This document shows positions 25,705 through 39,389 of a DNA stretch of 64,000 bases, in pieces. The stretch is from NCBI RefSeq assembly GCF_009914755.1, contig NC_060927.1; one strand, given 5' to 3'. The stretch's first letter is position 1; every line of letters starts with the position of its first letter. The translations under genes were made by a program, and so were the position numbers. This DNA comes from the human T2T-CHM13v2.0 reference genome, Homo sapiens. Below the pieces are notes generated by a model that had not been told where the DNA came from, made no database searches, and was given only the letters and a program-made list of their open reading frames with translations.

Positions 25705-27270
25705 TTATAGCTATGTCAAAATTATCCATCACAAATAAAGGTGAAAGAATGTTATTTTTACATAAACAAAAATGTGGACAATTTATTGCCCAAAGACCTG
25801 CCTGCCCTACACAAAAGTCCATTTTTCTCTGTGTGAAGGGAAATGACACAGGATAGTAATTTCAATGTATAGAAAATTATAAAAACCTTAGAAAGTTACA
25901 AGCTCATTGATCAACATGTGTAGTTGTATAATTGAAAATAGAAATAAAAAATAATTCCATTTACTAGAATACAAAAAAAGAAACATAGTAATAAATTTAA
26001 AAATGGAGTATTTCTCGTATATTGAAAGCTACAAAATGATACTAAGTGAAACTAAATATATTTAATAGAAAAATATAGCATATTAATAAAATGAAGGAGT
26101 CAATGTTATCATAATGTTCATTATTCAAAATGGATCTGTGGAAGTACTATAATTTCAATTAAAATGTCAGTATTTATGTGCAAGTACAATCCACCTAAAC
26201 TCACATAGAAAAATGTTTCAAAGAAAACAAAGTTGGAGAAAAACATACAATGCAATTTCAAATTTTACTCTAAATTTTAAGTACTTGACATAGGGTGTAA
26301 TTAGCAATACTATACACATACAGATCAACCTTAGGTCACAGAAACTGACACATGCATATATATTCCATGGCTTTTTCAACACATGCTCCAGACAATTCCA
26401 TGAGGAAACATTGATGTTTATAATAGCAGTACTGGAACAATTGTACAGTGCTATAGTAAATGATTAATATCAATCTTATCTCATACCATATAAGAAAATT
26501 TAAGTCAGAGTGGATTGTATCAGCAATGCAAAAGCCAAATCTATAAAGTTCCTAGAAGAAAACAGAGGGAAAATGTTTGCAACCATGGGACAGGTCAATA
26601 TTTCTTAACATATAAAAAGCTCAAAACAAAAAAGAAAAGAAAAAGAAAAATATTCATCGAATTTAAAAAATCATTTTGATTTTTGCAAAACATTAATAAT
26701 ATGAAGAGGTAAGTCAAAAAAGTAAGAAATATATTTACATAATATTTGTGAATATATGTAATACACATTGTGATATACACATTTTTGACACAAAAAAACC
26801 CTTGTATCCAGAACAACTCAATACAATATATAAGGGGACAAACAACCTAATAACAAATAGGCAGAAGTTTTGAGCAACATTAATTATGTGAATGGCAAAC
26901 ATGAAAAAATGCTCATTAGCCTTTGGGGAAATGCAAATTAAAACCACTATGAGAAATTATGACCCACACATTAGATTGGCTAAAACTAAAGAAGACTGAA
27001 AATACCAAGTGTTGGACAGAATGTGCAATAACTGGAATTCTTGTAAACTGCTAGTGAAAAACAGTTGGGCGGTTTAAAGTTTTGCATATACTTACTAGAA
27101 CATGAGTAATTTTACTACTAGGTATTTATTCAAAAGAAATAAAAATGTATGTCTGCACAAACACTTGAACAACTAAAACATCCATCACCAGGAGAATGAA
27201 TAAGGACATTTTGTTATTTTCAACAATAGACTATTTCTCAAAAATAAAAAAAAAAGCAACACACACTACA
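25705..27270 (+). mobile_element. Ancient L1M (MD/ME-like) remnants: ORF1 end, ORF2 and 3' region
   Basis: Degenerate L1 motifs such as aagttcctagaagaaaacagagg and atgctcattagcctttggggaaatgcaaattaaaaccac. Confidence 0.75.
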
Positions 27271-27964
27271 GAATAATGGAACAGGGTAAATTTAAGAAAA
27301 TACTATTTTATTAAATTGCATTAAACTGGTTATAAGGTAAATCAATGCTACAGTTATTCTTAGTATATCCAAAACTTTCAGATATTCTATGTCCTGTGTT
27401 GATTTCCCAAATGACGTTTTGAGATGCTTTCTGAATTTAACAGGATGAAGTCATATCCAACTTCACCTTTGCAAATCTATGAGTAATTAAGTCCTGGGAA
27501 ACAATTAAAATATTATAAAATGAGGAATTCTTTAGGAAAAAATATTTATTTTAGTGGCATTAATTATAAGAAAGAACATATAAAATAATCATTTTGAAAA
27601 ATTATCATTTGAAAACTCTCACTTTTCATTTAGGTTTATTTTACAATAGCATTTATTAATGCATTGTAGACTATTGACAATGCTAAACAACATTGCATCT
27701 CAAAAATATAAAGTATGCAATTTTGAAAACTATGAGTACTGTTATTCTAAATAAAACATTATTTCACTGGCATATTTTTTAAACTAAATCACATTTTCTT
27801 TAGAATTATTTCCAACATATCTCCTTTTATGCCACACTATTAATTTTATGTATAGGTATCATAGTATTCCACGTAACAATTAACATTTGAATCAAAGTTA
27901 TAAAAATATTTAAGTTTTAGTCAACACAGAAATTTAAAAAATCAAAAACAATGTTTTTATTAGC

Positions 27965-28149
27965 CAGGGTTATCCAATAGAACTTTCTTCAATAATGGAA
28001 GTGTTCTACATCTCTGCTGTCCAATGTGAAAGCTACTAGCTACAAGTGATTATTAAGCACTTGAAATGTGCCTAGTGAGTTAAGTCTTAAATTTTTTAAT
28101 TTTTAAATTAATTTAAATAACCACAAGGCTACTCTATTTAACAGCTCAA
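27965..28149 (+). mobile_element. MER3 hAT-Charlie DNA transposon
   Basis: tccaatagaactttct...tgttctacatctctgctgtccaat...gcacttgaaatgtg matches recalled MER3. Confidence 0.85.
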
Positions 28150-28237
28150 TTATAGATAACAATACAATTGCATTAAATTATATGTGTGTGTGTATATATA
28201 TCTATAGATAGATAGATAGATAGATGGATAGATATAG

Positions 28238-29020
28238 TGGTTTTCATGTGAACGGAAAAATTATACTTCTCTGGGATAAACATCCAGGAGTACAATTGAT
28301 GGGTCACATGATAGTTGTAATAAGTTGCCAAATGCTTTGCTAGAGTTGCTGTACCATTTTATATATTCATCAGCAATATATAAAAGATGTTTTCTTGCAT
28401 CCCTGCCAGTTTCATGTTGTCACTATTTTTTATTTAAGCCATTTTAAGTGCGAAGTATTATCTAATTTTGTTTAACATTTGTGATGAATGATATTGAAAT
28501 ATTTTCACGTGACTTTTGCTGTATATATATTTTCTTTGGTACAAAGTCCCTTTGCATTTTTAGCACATTATTTAGTTGGATTGTTTGCTTTTCTTACTGC
28601 TACATTTGAGACGTCCTGGTCTATTTAATACACTCCTCCATTGTCAGATATGTGGTTTGAAAATATTTTGCTGCAGACCTATCTTGTATTTTTATGCTTT
28701 TAAGAGTAATGAACATAGAAACATGTTTTTTTAAATCCTGAAAAGATCCAAATTATATTTTTTTTCTTTTATGACCATAGTTTTGGTGTCAAGTCTGGGA
28801 ATTCATCTACTGGCCCTTGATATGGAAGAATTTCTCCTATATTTTTTCTCAAAGTTTTGGTTTTACGTTTAAGTTCATGATGTATTTTTGCATAAGGTTT
28901 GATGCTTGAATGTGTGTTTGTTATTTGGTAGATATTCAACTTCCCCAGCACCATTTATTTAGAAGGTCACCTTTCCCACCTTTCCTCTCTTAAATTGATG
29001 TTGTACCTTGTAAAAAGTTA
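28238..29020 (-). mobile_element. Ancient L1M ORF2 3' region
   Basis: Antisense L1 motifs (ttgtcagatatgtggtttgaaaatatttt, cccagcaccattta). Confidence 0.75.
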
Positions 29021-29095
29021 GTGGTGAGGTGAAGTGGTATCACCAAAAAGGTAAAATAGAAAGACCTAGATCTCCTGTCACACACACACATGAGA

Positions 29096-29309
29096 TCACA
29101 AGGAGGCAGAAGAGAGAACAAGAGCTGAGCAAAGGGAGAAGCGCCTTTTAAGCCATCAGATCTCGTGAGAACTCACTCACTATCACGAGAACAGCATGGG
29201 AAAAACCGCCCTCATGATTCTATTACCTCTACCTGGTCCTGCACTTTACAAGTGGAGATTATTACAATTCAGGATGAGATTTTAGGTGAGGACAGCCAAA
29301 CCATATCAG
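29096..29309 (-). mobile_element. THE1-like MaLR LTR, partial
   Basis: ccatcagatctcgtgagaactcactcactatcacgagaacagcatggg...cagccaaaccatatca. Confidence 0.9.
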
Positions 29310-31910
29310 ACCCATTATATTCATACTTTAAAAAGTCAAAGACAAGGAGAAAATCTTAAAACCAGCCAGTGGAGGACATGAACAGACACTTCTCAAAAGA
29401 AGACATTTATGCAGCCAAAAAACACATGAAAAAATGCTCATCATCACTGGCCATCGGAGAAATGCAAATCAAAACCACTATGAGATACCATCTCACACCA
29501 GTTAGAATGGCAATCATTAAAAAGTCAGGAAACAACAGGTGCTGGAGAGGATGTGGAGAAACAGGAACACTTTTACACTGTTGGTGGGACTGTAAACTAG
29601 TTCAACCATTGTGGAAGTCAGTGTGGCGATTCCTCAGGGATCTAGAACTAGAAATACCATTTGACCCAGCCATCCCATTACTGGGTATATACCCAAATGA
29701 CTATAAATCATGCTGCTATAAAGACACATGCACACGTATGTTTATTGCAGCATTATTCACAATAGCAAAGACTTGGAACCAACCCAAATGTCCAACAATG
29801 ATAGACTGGATTAAGAAAATGTGGCACATATAAACCATGGAATACTATGCAGCCATAAAAAATGATGAGTTCATGTCCTTTGTAGGGACATGGATGAAAT
29901 TGGAAATCATCATTCTCAGTAAACTATCGCAAGAACAAAAAACCAAACACCGCATATTCTCACTCATAGGTGGGAATTGAACAATGAGATCACATGGACA
30001 CAGGAAGGGGAATATCACACTCTGGGGACTGTGGTGGGGTGGGGGCAGGGGGGAGGGATAGCATTGGGAGATATACCTAATGCTAGATGACGAGTTAGTG
30101 GGTGCAGCGCACCAGCATGGCACATGTATACATATGTAACTAACCTGCACAATGTGCACATGTACCCTAAAACTTAAAGTATAATAAAATAAAATAAAAA
30201 AAAAAAAACCAGCCAGTGGAAAGTGACTCATGAGGTAAAAGGAAACTTCCTTAAGATCATAAGCAAATGTCCCATTAGAAATCTTGCGGTGCAGAAGAGA
30301 GGAATAATAAATGAAAAGTGCTAAAAGGAAAACAAAACAGAACTGCTAACTAAGAATACTAAAAAGCACAAAATTGTTCTTCAAAAATAAGAGAGAAAGA
30401 TCTCAAGTAAAGAAAATCTGAGGAAATTCATTTTTATTACACCTTTCTTAGAATTTCTAAAGGAAGCCTTTCAAGTTGAATCCAATGGTCACTAGAGAGC
30501 AACATTAAAAACATAAGAAAACATAAAGCTGCCTTGTGGAGATAGATATATTTACAAATACAGATCCTATAATACTGTGATGCAGTATATAAGTTGCTTT
30601 TAGTTCAGGTATAGAATATAAAAGATAAAAATATAAAAATAATTATGAAACTATTTTAGGGAATACATCTAAAAAGAGGTAATTTGTTAATCAATAACAC
30701 ATATGTGTGTCAGAGAAATAAGGGACTACAGTTTTTGTATGCCACTGAAGTTAAGTTGTTGTAAGTTAAAAATAGATTGTTAGAATTATATTTTATGTAA
30801 TCACCAAGTCAATCATGAAATATCTACAGAAGATACACAAAAGAATGAGAAAGAAGTCAAAGCATGTCACCAACATAAATAAATAAATAAATAAATAAGT
30901 AAATAAATAGAAAACCAGCAAGACAAAAAAAGAGGGTAAAATAACTTCAAGACATACAGAAAACAATTAAAACATGGTAATAGATTATTTTTTGTCAGTA
31001 ATTATTTTAGACGTAAGTAGATTAAACTTCTCAATTGATAGACACAGAGGCAGTTTAATAGATTACAAAAATCCAACTCTAAGCTGTCTCTAAGGATCTC
31101 ATTTTAGCTATCAAGACACAATTAGGCTGAAAAGATAGAGAAACTAGTATTACATGAAGATGCCAAGCAAAAGAGAGCAGGGGTGGACATACTTATTTCA
31201 GACAAATTATATATCAAACCAAAAACTGTCACAAAACATAAAAAAAGAACATTCACCTGGAAAATATAATTGTAAATATATGTGCACTTAATAGTGGAGC
31301 TTTCTAAATTTTTGAAGCAAACATTGACAGAAGCTAAGGGAGAAATAGTAATATCATATTAGGAGAGGCTTTAATATTTCACTTCCAATAATGGGTAGAT
31401 CTACCAGATGGATCAATAAGGAAAAACAGAATAAGAACAACACTATAAACCAACTGGACCTTACAAACATAAACATACTCCATCTAACAACAGCTAAATA
31501 GGCGTTCTTCCCAAGCAAACATAGAATATTATTCAGAATAGATCACATGTTGAATCGCAAAACAAATCTTAATGAACTGAAGAAAATTGAAATTATTCCA
31601 AGCATCTCTTATGACCACAATGAAATGAAATGAAAAAGCAGTAGCAACAAGAAAACTGGAAAATTCACAAATATGTGAAAATGAAACAACACACACTTAA
31701 TGTGTCAAAGAAAAAGTCACAAGAAAAATTAGCAAATATCTTGAGATAATAAGAAAACTACAATATCCCAAAACTTGTGGGATGCAGCAAGGGGATGCTA
31801 AAAGAGAAGTTTATGGTGGTAAATGTTTACCTTAAAAAAGAGAAAAGAGGTCAAGTCAATAACTGAACTTAACTCCTCAAGGAATTAGAAGAACAAAATA
31901 AACATGCACA
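29310..31910 (+). mobile_element. Old L1M ORF1 end, inter-ORF region and ORF2 endonuclease region (interrupted by young L1)
   Basis: aaagacaaggagaaaatcttaaaa..., gagcagggtggacatacttatttcagacaaa, caaaacttgtgggatgcagcaa. Confidence 0.8.
29374..30204 (+). mobile_element. Young 5'-truncated L1 (L1PA2-like, ~830 bp)
   Basis: Near-consensus ORF2 C-terminus and 3'UTR; GAG at the 3'UTR diagnostic site (gatgacgagttagtg); perfect 16-bp TSD aaaaccagccagtgga (29358-29373, 30205-30220). Confidence 0.96.
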
Positions 31911-32580
31911 TAACACCTTTAACATGTTTTAGTCTCTAAAATCCTTTCTTCGGAATTAATGATACTTAAATAAATGTCATATAGTAATTATGTTAAGTGA
32001 TTTCTGCAGAAGGAAATGTGTTTTCAATATTTCATTTTTTATCAATAACTTGATAATATCAAGTTATTATCAAACATTTCTTATTTATTTTTACCACATC
32101 AATATATATTTCTTGAGATTTTTTACTATAGATTTAATAAGCAGATGTTTGTTTATTTAACCTTCTATGGTGTCATTTTTTTAACATTATTCTCCAGAGA
32201 AATAATTGATAAATATTACGCTTAGCCTGCATTTATGAATTTTAGTCACATGAACTGCTTCCCAGGAAATGTTTTATTGTTTACTTACATTCATTTGTGT
32301 TTCGCTTCATCTGCTTTGCAGATATCTGAACAGCCTAATTAACCATCTTCACCCTTGACATTCGAACAGAACACTGCCCATTGTTCATATTATTTTTTGT
32401 TATCAAAATACCAGAGACCTGAATGTTTAATACCAGCTGTCATGCATCTTGAATAAGTCTACCAGGTGCAACTATTTTTTTTAGCTAAAAATAACATCTT
32501 TCAAAAATTTTTATTGTAATACAAAATGACAGCAACTTAAATATTAAACTAATCACTAATTTATTTAAAAACATTGAGAA

Positions 32581-32880
32581 GGCCGGGTGCGGTGGCTCAC
32601 ACCTGTAATCCCAGCACATTGGGAGTCCTAGGCGGGTGGATCACTTGAGGTCAGGAGTTCGAGAACAGCCTGACCCACATGGTGAAACCCCATCTCTACT
32701 AAAAATACTAAATTAGCTAGACGTAGTGGCGCACACCTGTAATCCCAACCACTCAGGAGGCGGAGGCAGTAGAATCGCTTGAACCCCAGAGGTGGAGGTT
32801 GCAGTGAGTCGAGATAGTGTCATTGCACTCCAGCCTGGGCAACAAGAGCAAAACTCTGTCTCGAAATAAATAAATAAATA
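32581..32880 (+). mobile_element. Alu (AluS-type)
   Basis: Full Alu with (TAAA)n tail; TSD aacattgagaa / aatattgagaa. Confidence 0.96.
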
Positions 32881-33290
32881 AATATTGAGAAAAAACTTTC
32901 AAAAATGATGTTAATTTTTATTAGATGATAATCAGTAATAGCGTAGCAGATTATAGCAGTGTTCTGTTCAAATATATGTGTTTTGCATGATCAACCTCAA
33001 AAACACCATGATCATAAGTTACAGACTGGCTATATGCCACCAAAAGATGTCATATTTAAAACTACAAATTATGGCATTATTTTACAGGTGGAATCCATTC
33101 AATAGAAGGACTTTTTAAGGTAGCCTCTATCCAATCATATGCATAATATTATATATTAATTCTACAAAATGTCAGCAATGAAAATATTCTGATATATAGT
33201 TTAGTTTTGCCTGTGATAAGTTAGAGGCTATTCTGGCCATGTTTCTTGGTTCACATTTATTAACATTACAGAAAAGCCTGAGGAACAAGA

Positions 33291-33293
<3 letters not shown>

Positions 33294-33337
<44 letters not shown>
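33294..33337. repeat. (CT)n microsatellite
   Basis: ~21 uninterrupted CT units. Confidence 0.95.
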
Positions 33338-33339
<2 letters not shown>

Positions 33340-36167
33340 TTCTCTCCATCTATCTTTATCTGGGTCAATGCTCTCTCTTATTTATATTTGTATCTATGTT
33401 TCCCTGGAATTAAAAACGTTTAGCAATTAAAATGATATTATATTTTTCTGAATGGACTATTTTGAACAATTTGTTGTAGAGATTAGCATCAGTTTTAAAT
33501 AATTACATTGCCTTCTTGCAATGGAATTTTGTTGAAAGGTGAGGGTGATATGGATAAGAATATAAGGCAGTATTCATTCAATATAATTAATGGTTATATT
33601 AATTCATTTAATATAATTAATAATATAAGGTGTATTCATTTAATGTAATTATTTAAATTTTTAAATTTAGCTAATAATAATTATGTTATATAAATAACAT
33701 TATCAAATTACATATTATAGGTTCATTTTGCTGTGGTAATATTGTACAAACTGTCTACTAAGAATTGCTACTTTAAGCATCATGATATATAACCAGTAGG
33801 GAAGTAATTATCAATTTTGAGAAAAACATTTTTTTCTCTACTTTAACTCTTACTTATGAGACTAACTTAAAGTACTATCTCATTACTTTTGGTGATACTA
33901 TAGAGATAATATCTATGTTTGCAGTTCATTTATGTCTCCAATCATTAAAAAATAAAGATGTAATACCAAAGTACATCTAGGCACAATTAAATATCTAAAT
34001 GTTATTTTCTAAAATTCAATTTGTGAAAACGGTCTTTAATAGGCCTCTCCATTTATTCTATGAAAATACTGCCTATGGCAAAATCATTTTTTGAGCAACA
34101 AAAAATCACCTTATTTGAAATATAATTTTTATTTTGTTCCAATTACACATAAAAATATTATAGGAGCATTCACTCAAGTAATATTGTTTATTTTAGCTCC
34201 TTAGCAGTAGATTTTTAATATTATATTTTCTCAACTAATATGATTAAAAAGTGTCACTTTTCATTATAGTCACAAAGTATCACACAGGTTATTGATCTAA
34301 ATATAGACTATATGAAAGTCTTTGTCTATTCTCAAGACTTTTATGAAAAATTTTGACCGGTGTTACTAAAGTTATACAAATGGCTTAGAAATCATGATTT
34401 CATATTTAAAAATATTGATTATTATATAAGATGTAATGACCAATGAAATGATCATAAAATTACATGTTAAAGAAGAAAAATACTTCAAACACAGAATTAT
34501 AATTACTCATACTCAGAAAACTTAAAGGGATATATATACAACCCTATATAAATGCTTACAAAACATATAAACTATTTTGAGATTAGTATTTAAAGTACGC
34601 TTTTCGGTTACCAATCACCTTACGTTGCCATTACTTCATTGTTGTGTTGTAATTTTATTGGACAATAATTGTCAGCATTTTTATCTCAAAAACAGTGGAG
34701 ACTGGGAAATGTAAAATGACCATCACATCTCAAAGCCAAAATTTAAATAACAGGAAGAGTGTTTATTCAACATAAACTCTCTATTTTAAATCTCCTCTTC
34801 CTCCCCATTTGCATCCAACTGTACTACATAAATGTAAGCAATTTAAATTTCTATCTCAACAGAATTCAGAATATTTCCTTTTTAGAAAACCATCTAATAA
34901 TATGGGAATAAATCAAATGAATTCCAATTATTTTACTTTATGACATTCTGCTAAAAACTTTGTGTGTTTTTGATTTTTGTGTATTTCACTTTATGACATT
35001 TTGCTAATAACTTACTCTGTACTTAAAAGTACACACAGCACTATCAAATACTCTGTGTACTCTTAAAATTCTAAATGTACTGTGACTATTTAATTTTAGT
35101 AATATATTGGGAAATGAGCTATTTTCTTACAGTGATGACAGTTTAAATAATCTGGCTTTATTACATGTAATAAATTTAGGTGTAAAAATATAGAAAGAGA
35201 TAAATATTGAGATTGATTTTTTTTTACTGAGATTGAATCTAAACATTTTCAGATAAATAATTGGATATTTGTTTAAATAAACTGTCTAGAATTTTCCCCA
35301 AGTTTTTTAAAGCATTTTTTTTTTCTGCACTATTTCAATTTGCCAATGCTCCCTACAGAGAGAATAACTTTCTCAGTTATTCGTGATACCCTCTGTTCAT
35401 AGAAACAAGCCCCTTGCTGTTCAAGTCCAATCTTTGAACCGTGGGGAAAAATAAGTTAACTGTAATTGATTTGTGGTCATCGGCTAGAGCTTTTCAACCA
35501 GAAAAATCAACTGAAATTGCTAGCAGCTTTGAGGATTGCCATATCTGTTTTTCTAGTAACCCTACCAAATCCCAAGTCCTTGGCTTATTATTTCTCAAGA
35601 ATTCACTCTTCATATATGAATAGCCTAATCTCATTGTCAGCCCAGAATTCCATGGTGAGTGATTAATAAAAAAAAGTCTCTTCCTTTTTTTCTATATTCT
35701 GTGATGTATACTGTTCACCAGGCTTCAAGCATTTCTTAATTTCATCACTATTGGCATTTCTTAAGTAGCCAAAGTAAGACTCAAGCTAAGTCTCTTTTAT
35801 GGAGATGACTAATCTGGTGGCATTTAGAAGGCATATTTGAAGAAAATTCTAATTTATAGGTAATATAGTTAGTTCAGCATTTTACTACTTATATTTTGCA
35901 TTTATATACAAGCTAATAGTAATTTTATTGGCATCTGTTATATTTAATATCTTTCATCATGAAGCAATCAAGGCTGTAGTAAATTAAAATACTTGCCAAA
36001 AATTTCCGTGCTAATAGGTGACAGATACTGGGAAAGAGTGCAAATAATTTAGTAGTGGGGCCCTTATTCTTTTTAGTATTTCATGCTGCTTCTTAGAATG
36101 AGTTATATATGCTTAGCATATTTCAAGCTCAGTTTATAATAACACAAGAATTAAAATATTCCTAAAA

Positions 36168-36294
36168 GGAATCATTTGTTTTGACTTAAATAAAACTTGG
36201 TAAGAGGGGCTTTGATTCACAATTGACTAATGGAATCATTTGTTTTGACTTAAATAAAACTCAGTAAGAGGGTTTTTGATTAACAGTTGACCAA
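36168..36294. repeat. Two-copy 64-bp tandem duplication
   Basis: ggaatcatttgttttgacttaaataaaact... starts at 36168 and again at 36232. Confidence 0.92.
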
Positions 36295-36871
36295 AACAAA
36301 AAATCTTATGCTTGTTTTAAGGCTAAAATTATGAAAAGTTTTAAAAACTTATTAAATCAAAATGCTTCCAATTAAGTATCAAACCAGAAAACAAACACTA
36401 GTTAAACCCTTAAGCTTCCAGTAGATCACTGTAGAGGAGTAAAGAGATAACTGTCCAAAGTCTTGGAAGCCTAAATTTCACATCACTGTAGAATTTTCAA
36501 ACCAATACTAATTATTCAAGAAATCTCTCTTACTGACTATAAGAGATACTGAATAATACTTCTTAGTAATATTCCTCATATATTTATTATTTTCTTTGTA
36601 GTTATTTCACTCACATTTTAAATATGCATTCCCATGGTTACTTTTCTTAAACTATTTCTAAAATTAGTTGAAATATAAATATATTATTAAGCCTGAGTTT
36701 GTTAAAAAATGTCAATGTCTGGCTCAAATATGAGGACCTCTAGGACCTAAATCACTGGCTGGAACACAGACAATGCTTAACATCATTTTTTTGAAAGAAG
36801 AAAAAAATGAATGAAGTAATGAAAGAAGTAAAGAATTAAAGTACAAAAAAGAAACAGAAGTAGTTTAAGTC

Positions 36872-37182
36872 TGTGGTGGTCTTCTCTTGCTTTATAATAA
36901 ATTACCACTAAGTTGGCAGCTTAAAACAACAAATTTATTATTTCACATTTCTTGAGTAAGGATTCTGGAGACTTCTTAGTTCAGTCATTTACTCAAGGTC
37001 TCACAAGGCTACCATCAAGATGTTGGCCAGACTACATTACTATCTGGGGGCTCAAATTTGGAAGAATTTGCTTGCAAGTCCATTCAGGTTGTTAGCAGAA
37101 TTAAACTCCTTGCCGGTTCATGATTAGAAACATTTTTGGATTTTACAAATTGCCCACAGCTCCTTGCCACCGGCCTGCCTAT
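36872..37182 (-). mobile_element. MLT1 (D/E-like) LTR fragment
   Basis: aaattaccacta...gcttaaaacaacaaatttatt...tctcacaaggct...caggttgttagcagaatt. Confidence 0.8.
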
Positions 37183-37194
37183 ATTATAAAACTC

Positions 37195-37318
37195 ACGAAC
37201 TGTCACCTCTAAATAAAAATGCAGTCTGGCTGACACCTTGATTGCCACTTTGTGAGAGTTAAGCAAATTACCCAGCTAAGTCATGCTGAGACTCCTGGCC
37301 TGCAGATTTTGTGAGCAA
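37195..37318 (+). mobile_element. MLT1 LTR fragment in the opposite orientation
   Basis: gctgacaccttgattgc...ttgtgaga...acccagctaagtcatgc...gactcctg. Confidence 0.7.
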
Positions 37319-37349
37319 GTCAGCAATAAAACACATGAGAGGAGGTGAG

Positions 37350-37650
37350 CTCTCAGAGATGGAGCAGGGCCATATCAAGTGTGGTCTTATAGATTAACAA
37401 TTTGAATTTTAATTCAGGTGTCATACTTAGTCCATAGTAAAAGAGGTCCCTTCTTTGTCCTTTATTCTTTAGAATCATCTCTCCTGCCAAGGAAGTAGTG
37501 AAGCTGATGAGAAGTGAGCACCTTTGTGTTTACTTTGAAGGTACAGTGAATAAAACTTGTTGATGGGTTGGATAAGGAGGGTTAGAAAAAGTGAGGTATC
37601 AAAAATCACTGCTAGTTTTACAGCTTGAATAGTTTGTTGAATAGTAATGA
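37350..37650 (-). mobile_element. L2 remnant
   Basis: tttgaaggtacagt...aaacttgttgatgggttggat...gaggtatcaaaaatcact, L2-like. Confidence 0.55.
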
Positions 37651-37912
37651 GTTTCATCTAATCTGCTATCTTAAAGCAGTGGCTATGAGAAAATATGTGA
37701 GGCACCCAGGATAAACAGACATCAAACTATGACTTTTAACTTTTCCCAAACCTAATAATTTAATATCTACACATAGCCTTCTCTAAACAGCAATTTATAT
37801 AACCCATCCTCATACCTTGACTGATTATTTTTAAATTTGTTTCTTTCTCTGTGTCCATTTATTTGAGATATGCAGAGTTTCCTTTTATCAACTGCCCAAA
37901 GCCATGAGGAAA

Positions 37913-38492
37913 TGTTACAGGACCAACACGTGCAAATGCCTACTGCATAGTAACAGACCAATACACTGAGACAGAAGGGTTTGTAGCAGAGAAAGAGTTA
38001 TAGATTGCAGGGTGGCCCAGTGTCAAGATGGAACAAGACCTTCAAATCTTTCTCCTCAAGGAGTTCCTGGCTGGGATTTTCAAGGAGGTCATGGAGTGTG
38101 AGGGGATAGAAAATTGGAGTTATTGATTGGTTGGTGTCAGAGGGATGTAATTATCAGTATGTGGAAAATGCATTCTGTGGTGAGTCAGCTCCTCATGGGG
38201 TCCTTCAGACCAGCTGGTATCAGTAGTTTCATGGCTAAAGAATATCTTATATAGAAAAGAACATTTCACAGTGTGAAGTTATCTATAGAGGAGATTAGGG
38301 GAATCATAACCTTTAGACAGAGTTTACATGACTCTCGGGTAGTAGGCAGCAAAAAACTATAAGAAAGTGGATCAGAGAGCAAACAGCCCTAAAGATTAAT
38401 GCTGAGTATGCTGCAAGCTTGGTTTATTTTTGTTCCCCTCTTCCCTCCCATCTTCCATGATTAATTATATAATGTTTATAGGGATGATTTCA
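37913..38492 (-). mobile_element. ERV1 solo LTR (LTR26/MER4-group-like)
   Basis: TG...CA termini; reverse complement begins tgaaatcatccctataaac...aaataaaccaagcttgcagca; near-TSD gaaa/gaag. Confidence 0.75.
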
Positions 38493-39389
38493 GAAGCATT
38501 TATTTTTCAGGGATTGCTTTTTCCACCCATTTGAATTAAATTAGGTTTAAAAATATACAACTAGATTTATACTGAAACTTTGTGTATTTGATACTCTTTG
38601 AAGAAATGCAATTCTCACAACAGCAATAACAAGCACGTCAAATAAATATGACTGTGCAGGGGCAGAAAAGTGGCTTTTTACAGTAGATTCACATTCATAA
38701 ATAACTGACTATTATGTCAACTTGACATATTTCTTAATTCACTATAATTTAAGTAGAAAGTGAAAGTGTACAAAGGTCAAGAAAATTTGAATGGATTTGC
38801 ACCCATCACTACTGAATTCTGTTCTATGGAATAGTTTTACTTATATAAAATAGCAATATATGTATTCTTATTTTTCAAATGTAATATTACAAACTCAGTT
38901 TTTTAGTCTCTAAATTTTAAATTTCTCAATTTAAAATTCCATTAACTTTTAGTTTCATTTGAATTCTTTATAGGGTGTATATAATACCAAATATAGAGAT
39001 AAATATAACAATGAATGGTTGAGATTTATGCAACTGTTATAGGGATGTTTCAGAATTTCTGGATGACAACGGCCACAATAAAGATGCATGCAATAACATT
39101 ATCTCAACTTTCATGTAAATATTTTGACATATTAGTAGTTTTCTAGATTAGGCTTTGGTAGATAGCATATAATTCAGCATGTTAGAGGAGGCTTTATAAT
39201 TAGCTGAACAAATTGTTATATTCAATTTTGGATATGAAATCAAGTTTACTTTTCACCATCTATTAAATATGTAGAGAAAAGACAGATTCATGTGCATCCA
39301 GTGAGATAATCCAGAATAACTATAAATAAGTAGGGATTATTATAATACGAACATTAATTGAAGTCCAGCTTAGAGTATTGCATAGCTGA

